Source: Oligoflexales bacterium
Lineage (GTDB): Bacteria; Bdellovibrionota_B; Oligoflexia; Oligoflexales; Bog-1112
Assembly (NCBI GenBank): GCA_045106415.1
Contig: JBGCEP010000004.1
Location: 1-64,000, forward strand
Length of the DNA stretch: 64,000 bases
Reading direction: 5' to 3'
Position 1 is the first letter of the stretch, and every line of letters begins with the position of its first letter. Below the pieces are notes generated by a model. That model searched no databases and was not told where the DNA came from. It saw nothing but the letters and a program-made list of their open reading frames with translations. Both the position numbers and the translations under genes were made by a program. Of this stretch, positions 19,374 to 29,563 are shown piece after piece.

Positions 19374-22263
19374 TATTTGGACTATTGCTAAAAAAGAACT
19401 AAGAAGCTACTTCGCATCGCCAACTGCATTTATCTTTTTGGCAGTGTATTTATTTGTAAGTTTATTTGTTTTTTTCTGGGTAGAAACTTTTTTTGCTCGA
19501 AACTTAGCCGATTTAAGGCCCCTTTTTGAGTGGATGCCGCTGCTTTTAATAGCGCTTATCTCGACTTTAACGATGAAAAGTTGGAGTGAGGAGCGACGAA
19601 TGGGAACGTTAGAGTTTTTGCTGACCCTGCCTGTGAAGACCTCATCTCTTGTTTTAGGGAAATTTGTGGCTTGCATGGCCTTGGTTACCACGGCAATGGC
19701 ATTGACGTCTGGTTTAGCTTTCTCTGTGGGAATGCTTGGGTCAGTTGATTGGGGGCCTGTTTTTGGGGCTTACTTGGCATGTTTGTTAGTCGCTGCAGCT
19801 TACACTTCTATTGGGCTCTTTGTGAGTGCTCGTACGGACAGTCAAATTGTGAGTTTATTAACAAGCTCTTTGATTTGCGGTGTCTTTTACATGTTGGGGA
19901 GTGAAGTTCTTGGCGGATTTGTTGGAAATCAGGTTTTTGAGTTGCTAAAGGCTTTAGGAACAGGGTCTCGTTTTCAATCTGTTAGTCGTGGTGTTGTTGA
20001 TCTGCGTGATATTTATTATTACTTCAGCCTTGCTGGAACTTTTTTAATGGTGAATATTTATTCACTTGAGCGTTTAAAGTGGTCTCAGGGCCAGAGTCGC
20101 CGAAGTGCTCATAAATCACTGCAGTTTTTTGTTGGTCTTGCTGTTTTGAATTTAGCGCTAGGTAATGTGTGGTTAGCAAAAGTAAAAACAGCAAGGGTTG
20201 ATTTAACGTCAAACCAACTTTATTCAATTTCAGAAACCACTCAAGATATTCTGGGGCAGTTGGAAGAACCTTTGTTGATCCGAGGTTATTTTAGCTCAAG
20301 AACTCATCCTTTATTATCACCTCTTGTCCCAGCTGTACGCGATTTGATTTCAGAGTATGAAGTTGCCGGAGAAGGTCGTGTGCGAGCTGAGTTTATTGAC
20401 CCTAGAGAGCATGAAGACTTAGAAGCTGAAGCGAGTCGAAAGTATAATATTGAGCCTGTGCCATTTCAGGTGAATGATCGCCATTCAGCAGCTATGGTGA
20501 ATTCATATTTCAATATTTTGATTGAGTATGGTGATAAATATGAAGTTTTAAGTTTTGATGATTTGATTGAAGTGAAGTCTCAAGGGGTTACAGATATTGA
20601 TGTCCGCTTGAAAAATCTTGAATACGATGTAACGCGTACGATTAAAAAAGTTGTGACAAGTTTTCGTAATACAGATAATTTCTTTGCAAACTTAAATCGA
20701 GATATTCAGTTTGTTGGCTATGTGTCTGAAGCAGATATTCCAGCTCAACTACAAGCGTTTTTGCAAGAAGTTAGAACTGAAATAGACAAATATGCTTCAA
20801 CGTCACAAGGGCGTATGAAGGTGTCTTTTTTTGACCCTGTAGCAGAACCTGAGGTCGGTCGCATGATTGCGGAAGATTTTGGTTTTGGTCCACAGAAAAT
20901 GCCTTTTGATTTAGATCAAGAGTTTTATTTTCACCTTACCTTGCAAGATGGTGATAAAGTCTATCCTTTGGCAATTCCTCAGGATTTGAGTAGTGAAGGA
21001 TTTAAGACTAATTTTGAGGCAACGTTAAAAAGAATTGTGCCAGGATTTTTACGAACTGTGGGTTTAGTTTCGACGTCGAGCCCAGAAGGTTTTGGGGGTA
21101 ACCCATATGGTTCTGCGGCTATGAATAAAGGTTTTCAAGCCTTAGAGCAAAAACTGGCTGAGAACTATTCGGTGCAAACGGTTAATCTGGATGATGGGCA
21201 GTTAGAAGACGATATTGATATCCTGGTTCTTCTGGCACCTAAGGATCTCAATGAAAAACAGCTCTTTTCACTTGATCAGTTTTTGATGAAAGGTGGGACG
21301 GTTGTTTTGGGGACATCACCTGTAAGCGTTCAGAAAGATCGCACAGGATTTCGTGCTGAGCGTCATCATTCGGGTTTAGAAGAGTGGTTGAAGCATCATG
21401 GTTTAAGTGTTGAAGAGTCTTTGGTGATGGATCCTCAGAATACAGGTTTTCCTGAGATTCGCGCACGCATGGTCCAAGGAGTTACGATTCGAGAGCCTTA
21501 CATGGCCTCTTACCCTCTTTTTGTTGATGTGCGTGAAGATGGTTTGAATGCCTCACATCCTGTGACAGCTAACTTAGGTCAGCTCACGATGCCTTGGTCG
21601 TCACCTGTTAAGGTTAACAGAGAGCAACTGAAGGATCATAAAGTTGTCTCTTTAATTGAAAGTTCCAAACAATCTTGGGTGCAAGAGGGGGTGTCTGTAG
21701 AGCCTAATCGCGACCTTTATCCCGAGTATGGTTTTGAAGAAAAGTCGGATCGAGAATCACATTCATTGGCGGTTAGTGTGGAGGGTGTTTTTCATTCTAG
21801 CTTTAAGGGGAAACAATCTCCTGTGTTTCCTGTGAATGAAGTTGAGGGTGCGCAAGGAGATAAAAAAGAGAAAGTTGATGAGGAAACTCAAATAGCGACA
21901 GTGCTGACGAAGTCTCCTGATATTGCCCGTATTGTGTTGTTTGCTTCAAATGAGTTTGTTGCTGATGATACTTTGCAAATTGAGAATATGATTGGTGGTA
22001 TGAGGTACTTAGGTTCTTTACAGTTGGTCGAAAATACTTTGGATTGGGCCACTCAGGATAGTTCTTTGTTGAATATTCGCACACAAAGTCATTTTGCTCG
22101 TACGTTGATCCCTATGAGTGACGATGAAAAAAGTACGTGGGAAATTTTGAATTATATTTTTGCTGTCTTAGGTTTAGGAATTGTGTATGCCGTCTCAAAA
22201 TGGTGGCAGCGTCGAGATGCTCAAATGTGGAAACTTGAAACTCTTGAAAGGAGTCATGCATGA
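19366..22263 (+). CDS. ABC-2 permease fused to a GldG-like auxiliary domain (GldF+GldG fusion)
   Basis: KKELRSYFASPTA, EERRMGTLEFLLTLPV and LGKF match GldF-like permeases; RVDLTSNQLYSIS...T and a C-terminal TM helix match GldG. ATG 19366 overlaps the upstream stop. Confidence 0.88.
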   Translation: MHNIWTIAKKELRSYFASPTAFIFLAVYLFVSLFVFFWVETFFARNLADLRPLFEWMPLLLIALISTLTMKSWSEERRMGTLEFLLTLPVKTSSLVLGKFVACMALVTTAMALTSGLAFSVGMLGSVDWGPVFGAYLACLLVAAAYTSIGLFVSARTDSQIVSLLTSSLICGVFYMLGSEVLGGFVGNQVFELLKALGTGSRFQSVSRGVVDLRDIYYYFSLAGTFLMVNIYSLERLKWSQGQSRRSAHKSLQFFVGLAVLNLALGNVWLAKVKTARVDLTSNQLYSISETTQDILGQLEEPLLIRGYFSSRTHPLLSPLVPAVRDLISEYEVAGEGRVRAEFIDPREHEDLEAEASRKYNIEPVPFQVNDRHSAAMVNSYFNILIEYGDKYEVLSFDDLIEVKSQGVTDIDVRLKNLEYDVTRTIKKVVTSFRNTDNFFANLNRDIQFVGYVSEADIPAQLQAFLQEVRTEIDKYASTSQGRMKVSFFDPVAEPEVGRMIAEDFGFGPQKMPFDLDQEFYFHLTLQDGDKVYPLAIPQDLSSEGFKTNFEATLKRIVPGFLRTVGLVSTSSPEGFGGNPYGSAAMNKGFQALEQKLAENYSVQTVNLDDGQLEDDIDILVLLAPKDLNEKQLFSLDQFLMKGGTVVLGTSPVSVQKDRTGFRAERHHSGLEEWLKHHGLSVEESLVMDPQNTGFPEIRARMVQGVTIREPYMASYPLFVDVREDGLNASHPVTANLGQLTMPWSSPVKVNREQLKDHKVVSLIESSKQSWVQEGVSVEPNRDLYPEYGFEEKSDRESHSLAVSVEGVFHSSFKGKQSPVFPVNEVEGAQGDKKEKVDEETQIATVLTKSPDIARIVLFASNEFVADDTLQIENMIGGMRYLGSLQLVENTLDWATQDSSLLNIRTQSHFARTLIPMSDDEKSTWEILNYIFAVLGLGIVYAVSKWWQRRDAQMWKLETLERSHA

Positions 22264-23297
22264 ATAAGGTTTCTATGAAACTTACGCTTTTACTTATGTT
22301 TCAAGCGGGTTTAGTGCTTTTTTTCTGGAGAGCTCCGGAGCAAACAGCAGGGCAAAGTGGTGATGAATCTTTGCTGACGCTTCATGAGTCTCATTTAGAT
22401 AGTATGACGATATCTGAGCAAGTCACTGCAGACTCGGAAGATAGTTTAGACCCTTCTGAGCAGAGTGAAGTAAAAATGTTGTCTTTTAAAAAAGTGAACG
22501 AGCAATGGGTGATGCCTGATCATAGCGATTTTCCTGTTGCTCAGGATAAGCTAAATAAAGTTTTAGGGTCACTTTCTGAAACACGCCGTGGCTGGCCCGT
22601 GGGCAAAACAGAAATAGCAGCAAAGGCATTAAAGGTAACAGAGGAAAATTACGAAAAACGAGTGTCGTTAAGTGTCGGGGAGAAAACAGACGTTTTGTAT
22701 CTTGGGACTTCCCCAGGTTTTCGTAAAGTTCATGCAAGACTTGGTGGTGAAGATAAGACTTGGGCTATTGTCCTGAACTCATGGGACTTTCCAGTCAACC
22801 CTGCAGACTGGCGTTCAAAAGAAGTTTATGAGGTTCCTCGGGCCCACGTCACTCAGGTAACATTTAAAGGAACAGAGGTTGTTCTTCAGAAAACAGAGAA
22901 AGGATTCTCTGTTGCTTCTTTACAAGAAGGTTTTGAAGTTCAAGACGATGTTGTAAATAAGCTTTTAAAGGTCGCTCTTTCTCCTCGCTATGAAGATGTA
23001 TTCACAAAAGCTTTGCCGAAAGACGCGGAGTCGTGGGCTGAGTGGGATGTTGAGTTTGTCTCTAGTGGTGAGTCAAGAGCTCAAAAATTTCAAGTGTGGA
23101 GTTCGAAGCAGGAAGAGCACCTGATTTTAAAATCATCAGAGCACCCGTGGTTTTTTATAGTAACGAGAGAGGCTTTAGCTGAAGTCAAAAATTTGACATA
23201 TGATGATTTAGTAAAAGCATCTGAAGCTTCAGCGTCAGACGATGGATCTCCTGTAGATGCGAGAATACCTTCTGAACCGAGTGCTTCGGACTCGTAG
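22260..23297 (+). CDS. DUF4340-like periplasmic protein
   Basis: N-terminal TM helix; W-V-M...FPV...K and LYLG.SPG....HAR pattern; usual third gene of Gld-type ABC loci. Confidence 0.75.
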   Translation: MNKVSMKLTLLLMFQAGLVLFFWRAPEQTAGQSGDESLLTLHESHLDSMTISEQVTADSEDSLDPSEQSEVKMLSFKKVNEQWVMPDHSDFPVAQDKLNKVLGSLSETRRGWPVGKTEIAAKALKVTEENYEKRVSLSVGEKTDVLYLGTSPGFRKVHARLGGEDKTWAIVLNSWDFPVNPADWRSKEVYEVPRAHVTQVTFKGTEVVLQKTEKGFSVASLQEGFEVQDDVVNKLLKVALSPRYEDVFTKALPKDAESWAEWDVEFVSSGESRAQKFQVWSSKQEEHLILKSSEHPWFFIVTREALAEVKNLTYDDLVKASEASASDDGSPVDARIPSEPSASDS

Positions 23298-23314
23298 TTC
23301 TTACCTTAATTTTG

Positions 23315-23349
23315 AAAAAAGCCCTGTGATATAAGCAGGGCTTTTTTTT
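23315..23349 (+). terminator. Intrinsic terminator
   Basis: AAAAAAGCCCTG...CAGGGC followed by T8. Confidence 0.85.
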
Positions 23350-23412
23350 CACCCCCTGTATTTTTGTTGAGGCTTATACTAAAGGTATCAGTTTTTCTTA
23401 AAGGCAGATCAG

Positions 23413-24768
23413 GTGCAGAGTTCTTACCAATCTTATTGTGTTGTCGAAGAGAGATTAACCGCATCTTTTAGGCGTCTTGGAGTTGAGATATCTGCTCATG
23501 ATGTCGAGCTTCGGGCTTCTCGAATTTTTCGAGCAATGTCGAAACCGTCCAGAGTGTTCCATGGTGTTTATCATGTCTTAGAGCTATCTGCACATGTTGA
23601 TGCTTTGGGCTGTTTGGCTGCTTTATATCATGATTTTATATATTTGCAACTGGATCATGGTTTCGGTGAATTTGCTGAACATCTCAGAGACACCTGCCGT
23701 TATGAGCAAGGCCGAGTATATTTACAGCCTGTTGGTAAAGAAGATGTTGTGCTTGCAGGTGTTTGTGAGATTTTCGGAGTCCCGCTAGAAGGAGGGCTTC
23801 TTGAGGTGTCTTTACAAAATGAATTTGTGAGTGCGCTCGTTGCCGTCTGTGAACTTCATTCTTTTATGACTCCGCGTGATCTTTTTATGATTGCAACTTG
23901 CATTGAAGCGACAATACCTTTTCGGGAAGAATCAGTATTTCCGAACTCTTTAGTGAAACGTTTAGGTACTGCGTGGAAACGTTTAGATGTTCCTATGGCA
24001 GACTCAGATATTGATGAAGCTATGTTTAGAGCGGTAGATCTTGCGAATCGAGATGTTTTAAATTTTTCGAGTGAGCAGGTGGAAGAGTTTTTGAAAAATA
24101 CCTGGGCTCTTATTTCAGAAGGTTCCCCTGAAATTCTAGAGGTTTCTTGCAGTGTGCGAGCCTGCAGGATTGCAATCTATAAAATGTTTGATTTTTTAAA
24201 CCATTTGCAGCCGCAGCAGATTTATCATTCTTATAAAAGATGTCCGCCAGATGAAGAGCTTCTGCTAAAAACCCAGATGTCTGAGAAGAATCTTATTCTT
24301 GCAAGATTGTATTTAATGGCGCAACTGTGTGCTTTGAACTTGTTGGATGCTGTCTCTGTCGAAACCGGTGGGAATACTTTGTTAATTAAATACGCAGGTC
24401 ATGTCTCGTCCTACGCCGAAATATCAGGACTTGAGCAGGAACTTTTAAAGCAAGCGAGTCATGTTGATTCGGATGTTTCTGTGGATCCTGTGCTTATGAA
24501 GCTCCTACAAAGTGAAAGCTTGAGATCATCAATTTTTATTTATACTTCTCCTATCGCTGGTTACCTTTATGGCACTTTAGGCCACAAAGGTTTAATGGAT
24601 TTCTATAATAAGTGCAGGCTTTATATGGACGGGGATAAGGATTCTTTTTCATATCTGAAAGATCTTCCTCAAAAAGTGATTTTAAGTGTGGTGAACGGAG
24701 TAGGAAATGTTGCCACATTACGAAAACCTAAAATCATACAGCTTACAAAACAGCTTCAGTTGCTGTGA
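23413..24768 (+). CDS. HD-motif metal-dependent hydrolase-like hypothetical protein
   Basis: FHGVYH...LAALYHDFIY, QNEF, IEATIPFR, LANRDV. Confidence 0.7.
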   Translation: MQSSYQSYCVVEERLTASFRRLGVEISAHDVELRASRIFRAMSKPSRVFHGVYHVLELSAHVDALGCLAALYHDFIYLQLDHGFGEFAEHLRDTCRYEQGRVYLQPVGKEDVVLAGVCEIFGVPLEGGLLEVSLQNEFVSALVAVCELHSFMTPRDLFMIATCIEATIPFREESVFPNSLVKRLGTAWKRLDVPMADSDIDEAMFRAVDLANRDVLNFSSEQVEEFLKNTWALISEGSPEILEVSCSVRACRIAIYKMFDFLNHLQPQQIYHSYKRCPPDEELLLKTQMSEKNLILARLYLMAQLCALNLLDAVSVETGGNTLLIKYAGHVSSYAEISGLEQELLKQASHVDSDVSVDPVLMKLLQSESLRSSIFIYTSPIAGYLYGTLGHKGLMDFYNKCRLYMDGDKDSFSYLKDLPQKVILSVVNGVGNVATLRKPKIIQLTKQLQLL

Positions 24769-24880
24769 TGCTCTTCCTTTCTCAGTTTTTAAACTACTGT
24801 AAATAAATCAAAAAAAATAAAAAGTTGATTTTTTTCAAAAACATCTCCGATGAAGGTTTAGCCAATCGTGAGGAGTTGAT

Positions 24881-25507
24881 GTGAAACTTTTAATTTTACT
24901 GTTGTTGTCTTTTAGTGTCTTAGGAGCGCAAGGCAACAGCGATTATGATAATGGCTTGAATCAAACCCAACAAAATGACGAAAACAACAACTTTTATGAG
25001 GACGCAGAAGAATATAATAAAAATATTGTTGATTCATCAGAAAATACTGTTAGTGATTTTGATGCTGATAAAGACCCGATTATACAAGAAATTATGGGCT
25101 GGAACGAGGGGGAATACTTATTTGTTATGACTCATAATGTGTATATTAGAAAAGGCCCAGGTTTATTTTATCCTACAGTGAAAAAACTTAATCATAATCA
25201 GAAGGTTAAGGTTTTAGGAAAAAGAAAAGGGGGGTGGGTCCTTGTGTCACATGGAGGTTGGGTTCCTTATAAATCTTTAGATATAAGGCGGTATGAAAAA
25301 CCACAGAAATATAGAGAAAGTTTGACCACTATTGTGCAGTTAGTGAGTGTTAAAGTGTACGGTGGGCCAGGTTTTCATTACCCGGTTGTTAGCAAAAGGA
25401 TGAAAGGAGATAGGGTGAGGATTATACGAAATCATGGTCCTTGGGCTCAAATTGGTGCATCGCAGTATGTTCTAAGAGGGTTGATTGACGGAAGAAAAAC
25501 ACGCTGA
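24881..25507 (+). CDS. Secreted protein with two bacterial SH3-like domains
   Basis: Signal peptide; VYIRKGPG..YP.V...GW and VYGGPG..YPVV...W repeats; GAGGAG RBS. Confidence 0.8.
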   Translation: MKLLILLLLSFSVLGAQGNSDYDNGLNQTQQNDENNNFYEDAEEYNKNIVDSSENTVSDFDADKDPIIQEIMGWNEGEYLFVMTHNVYIRKGPGLFYPTVKKLNHNQKVKVLGKRKGGWVLVSHGGWVPYKSLDIRRYEKPQKYRESLTTIVQLVSVKVYGGPGFHYPVVSKRMKGDRVRIIRNHGPWAQIGASQYVLRGLIDGRKTR

Positions 25508-25536
25508 AACCTTGAGCTAGTCGAAGGTTTCAGCGT
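25501..25536. terminator. Hairpin between convergent genes
   Basis: 13-bp stem ACGCTGAAACCTT...AAGGTTTCAGCGT. Confidence 0.7.
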
Positions 25537-25544
25537 GAGTTGTT

Positions 25545-26216
<672 letters not shown>

Positions 26217-26573
26217 AATTCACGCTCCCAAAGAGTTACTTATACTTTGACAGTGTTGACTTGATTTTCATGAAAACATAAAGGTTTTCATGAAGTAAGC
26301 TCCAGAAGCCAGCACCGTACTCGTTCGGAAATGGTCTCAGTAAATGATACTGTGCCAACCAGAACATACAACCAAAACAATACAGTGAAAATCTCTTGAG
26401 TGAAAGGGCAAGAAAGGTAAAATTAAAAATTCTCTCTTTTGTGAGGTGAAACATATCTTCTTTGTAAACCGTTTGAGAGAAATAAGCTGTGCTGTGCTAT
26501 GAAATTTGTCGTTCAAGAGGCGTGTAAATGTTAAAACCAACTCATGGTAGCGATATACTTTATGGAGTTTGAG

Positions 26574-27263
26574 ATGAAAAAAATTCAAGTGACTTATATT
26601 GTGGGCTTTTTTGTTGCAGCATTCATGCTGTTTTCTCTTCAAAAGCAAACATCTATGCGGCAAAGTATTGGTGGTGATGATTTTGCAAAAGCTTTAGTAG
26701 CGTGGGAAGAAAAAAACTTAGAGACGGCAGCTATGTTGCTTGGTGAAGATCACCATAAGTATATTGAACGTGAGCATGGGTGTGAGTTAGGAATTTCTGT
26801 CTTTGCTAAGCTGCATGAATATGAAAAAGTTGAGCGCATCGCTCATAGCTGTCGTCATAAAGTTCCCGCTATGGCTCTTGAAGGTTATGCATTCGCTTTG
26901 AGCTTTCAGGGTAAGTTTGATGAGGCGATTGCTACATTAGAAAAATTCGAAGGTTATGATCTTTTTACAGATGAAGAGAAAAAAAAATCACGCATGGCTT
27001 TAGCTAAGGTTTTGAATCTTAAAGGCCACTATCATAAATCAGTCGGTGTTTTGACGAAGCTTGCGCTTGAAGAGCATGGAGAGATGGTTTTACCTTTGCT
27101 TTTGAAAACACTGAAACAGTCTAAAAACTCAGAATTAGTATTGGAAGCAAGGCAAGCCTTTTCACAGAATGCTAAAATTCAAAGCCTTTTTGAGAAAAAG
27201 TGGAAGAATATTGAAAAATCGCACCACCAAATTGAAACAAAAAATATAGAACAAACGTCATAG
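26574..27263 (+). CDS. TPR-like membrane-anchored or exported protein
   Basis: N-terminal TM helix; TPR-like helices YAFALSFQGKFDEAIATLE and LAKVLNLKGHYHKS; GGAG RBS before ATG 26574. Confidence 0.75.
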   Translation: MKKIQVTYIVGFFVAAFMLFSLQKQTSMRQSIGGDDFAKALVAWEEKNLETAAMLLGEDHHKYIEREHGCELGISVFAKLHEYEKVERIAHSCRHKVPAMALEGYAFALSFQGKFDEAIATLEKFEGYDLFTDEEKKKSRMALAKVLNLKGHYHKSVGVLTKLALEEHGEMVLPLLLKTLKQSKNSELVLEARQAFSQNAKIQSLFEKKWKNIEKSHHQIETKNIEQTS

Positions 27264-27279
27264 AAAATGAAGGTGACTT

Positions 27280-28209
27280 ATGCCATTCCTAAAGCCTCCA
27301 AATCTTCAAAATCAGGCTCATATTAAGCAGAATGTGTTGGAAAAAACATTGTTTGTTCTTCCTCAAAATGACGGGGAAGCCATACGGTCTTTAGATATTT
27401 TAGAAGCTGTGAAAGCACCGTGGGTTCATCGAAGTTTACAATCTTGGGGAGCGGTTTTAGATCGAGAGGTTCTTCCCAGAGAGGTTCTTTCTAAGGTTGA
27501 TAGAGTCGTTACTTTCGAACTTCCTGCTAAAGTTCCTGAAAAAGGTGAGCTCTGTTGTGAGGAAAGACTCAAACTTCAAGGTGTTGATCTTAAAATTATT
27601 GATCACCACAGATATGGGTGGGTTGATAGATCTTCTTCTCAAAGTTCTTTGGAACAATTGTGTGCAGATATTGGCTGGAAGCTTGATCGTGTTGATATGG
27701 GAATTGCGGTGAATGATCGTTCGTATATTGGAGGGCTCTATGAAGCGGGATATACAACCGATGAAGTTGTAGAAATTCGATACTATGACTTAAAAGCTCA
27801 AGGTCACCATATGGGTGAGATTTTGGATTTAAGAAAAAAAGCTCAGCTTTGGATTCAAGATCACCATGCTGAAAAGGGCTTTTGGCTTTTAGAGCATTTA
27901 ACTTTTGATAAGAAATGGATTATGCAAGAGCTCGCTTTAAATGCACAAAAAAATGATGTTCATGCTCTTGAGAGGCAGCCTCATAAAATGAGTTTTTCAG
28001 GCTCGCCTGAAGTTGTTGCTGCGCTTAATGCATTGAAGCCCAAAGACTGGGGGTATAAAGGGCGGTATACTTGTTATTCTGGGGGAGACCCACAGACGTC
28101 ACAGTACTGGACGCTACGAGGAATGAAACCTTTAGGGAAACTCTTGAGTGAAAAAATATTTGCAACAGTAACGGATATACTGAAAAAAGAGGTGGCTGAT
28201 GAGAGATGA
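27280..28209 (+). CDS. DHH-family phosphoesterase, NrN-like
   Basis: Ordered motifs NDGE, WGA, FEL, IIDHH, SSLEQ, IAVNDRSYI, EIR..D..AQG. Confidence 0.7.
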   Translation: MPFLKPPNLQNQAHIKQNVLEKTLFVLPQNDGEAIRSLDILEAVKAPWVHRSLQSWGAVLDREVLPREVLSKVDRVVTFELPAKVPEKGELCCEERLKLQGVDLKIIDHHRYGWVDRSSSQSSLEQLCADIGWKLDRVDMGIAVNDRSYIGGLYEAGYTTDEVVEIRYYDLKAQGHHMGEILDLRKKAQLWIQDHHAEKGFWLLEHLTFDKKWIMQELALNAQKNDVHALERQPHKMSFSGSPEVVAALNALKPKDWGYKGRYTCYSGGDPQTSQYWTLRGMKPLGKLLSEKIFATVTDILKKEVADER

Positions 28210-29563
28210 GTTTGATCTGATTGTAATTGGAGCAGGATCTGGAGGCGTGAGAGCATCTCGAATAGCAGCCTCGTATGGTGCAAAAGTTGCTGTTGTGGAA
28301 GAGCGTTTTGCTGGGGGGACATGTGTCAACGTTGGGTGTGTGCCGAAAAAATTATTTGTTTATAGTGCCGAGGTTGGTGAGGCATTGAGACATGCGCAAG
28401 GGTATGGCTGGAATGCTGAAGGAAAGAGCTTCTCATGGGATACGTTGAGAGATCAACAACTAAAAGAAGTTGCACGTTTACAAGCTATCTATAAAAAAAT
28501 GCTGAATACAGCAGGTGTGGAATGGATTGATGGTAAGGCCTCATTGGCAGGGCCTCAAGAAGTGAACGTTGGTGGTGTGGTATATCGAGCGAAAAAAATT
28601 CTGATTGCATGTGGGTCACGCCCTAATCGTCCTCAGATACCAGGGATTGAAAAAGCATTGGTTTCTGATCATATGTTTAGTTTAGAGAAACTTCCACAAT
28701 CAGCAATTGTATTAGGTGGTGGTTATATAGGTGTTGAGTTTGCTGGTATTTTGAATGCTTTTGGCGTTAAAGTAACTTTAGTCATGAGAAAAGATACGGT
28801 GCTGAATCGCTTCGATAATGATGTCAGGCATCACGTGCATAACTGTGTTCAAGCACGAGGAGTTCAAATGGTGACTCATGAAAAACTTCAAGAAATTCTT
28901 GAGCACAAAAATGGATTTGAAGTAAAAACTGATAAAGGAACATATACAGCTGATCTTGTTTTAAATGCTTTGGGGCGAGTTGCTTATACCGAACAACTTG
29001 GTTTGGAAAATACGGAAATAACAACGAATGCTCAAGGTCATATTGAAGTTGATTCAGCAACTTTTCAAACAAAAGAGCCTTCTGTATATGCTGTTGGTGA
29101 TGTGACAGGGGGCTTACAACTCACCCCGGTGGCTTTAGCTGAGGGAATGGCATTTGCGCAACAACACTTTGGTGATATAAAGCCAGCTTTTATGCACGTT
29201 GCCGTGCCCACGGCTGTATTTTCACAGCCAGAAATAGGCACAGTTGGAATGACGGAAGAGGCAGCGTCTTTACAGTGTGATATTGACGTCTACATGAGTC
29301 AATTCAAACCACTGTCAGCAGCGTTGAGTGGATCTCAAGAAAAAGTACTGATGAAGTTGATTGTAGAACAAAAGACAGAAAAAATTTTAGGCCTTCATAT
29401 GGTAGGGCCGCATGCAGGTGAAATGCTGCAAGGGTTTGCTGTTGGGGTCACCGCAGGAATGACGAAAAACCAAATGGATCAAACTGTTGGAATTCATCCT
29501 ACCATGGCTGAAGAGTTTGTCACAATGAGAGAGCCCACCCGCTCAGTACAGAAGGTGTCGTAA
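28199..29563 (+). CDS. gor: Glutathione-disulfide reductase
   Basis: Motifs GAGSGG, GGTCVNVGCVPKK, GGGYIGVEFA, QLTPVA, GIHPTMAEEF. Confidence 0.93.
   Translation: MRDEFDLIVIGAGSGGVRASRIAASYGAKVAVVEERFAGGTCVNVGCVPKKLFVYSAEVGEALRHAQGYGWNAEGKSFSWDTLRDQQLKEVARLQAIYKKMLNTAGVEWIDGKASLAGPQEVNVGGVVYRAKKILIACGSRPNRPQIPGIEKALVSDHMFSLEKLPQSAIVLGGGYIGVEFAGILNAFGVKVTLVMRKDTVLNRFDNDVRHHVHNCVQARGVQMVTHEKLQEILEHKNGFEVKTDKGTYTADLVLNALGRVAYTEQLGLENTEITTNAQGHIEVDSATFQTKEPSVYAVGDVTGGLQLTPVALAEGMAFAQQHFGDIKPAFMHVAVPTAVFSQPEIGTVGMTEEAASLQCDIDVYMSQFKPLSAALSGSQEKVLMKLIVEQKTEKILGLHMVGPHAGEMLQGFAVGVTAGMTKNQMDQTVGIHPTMAEEFVTMREPTRSVQKVS

Noticed and set aside
18282..23349. tRNA-Arg as an island integration site
   Set aside because: No integrase was seen, no duplicated tRNA 3' end was noticed, and downstream genes have host-like composition.
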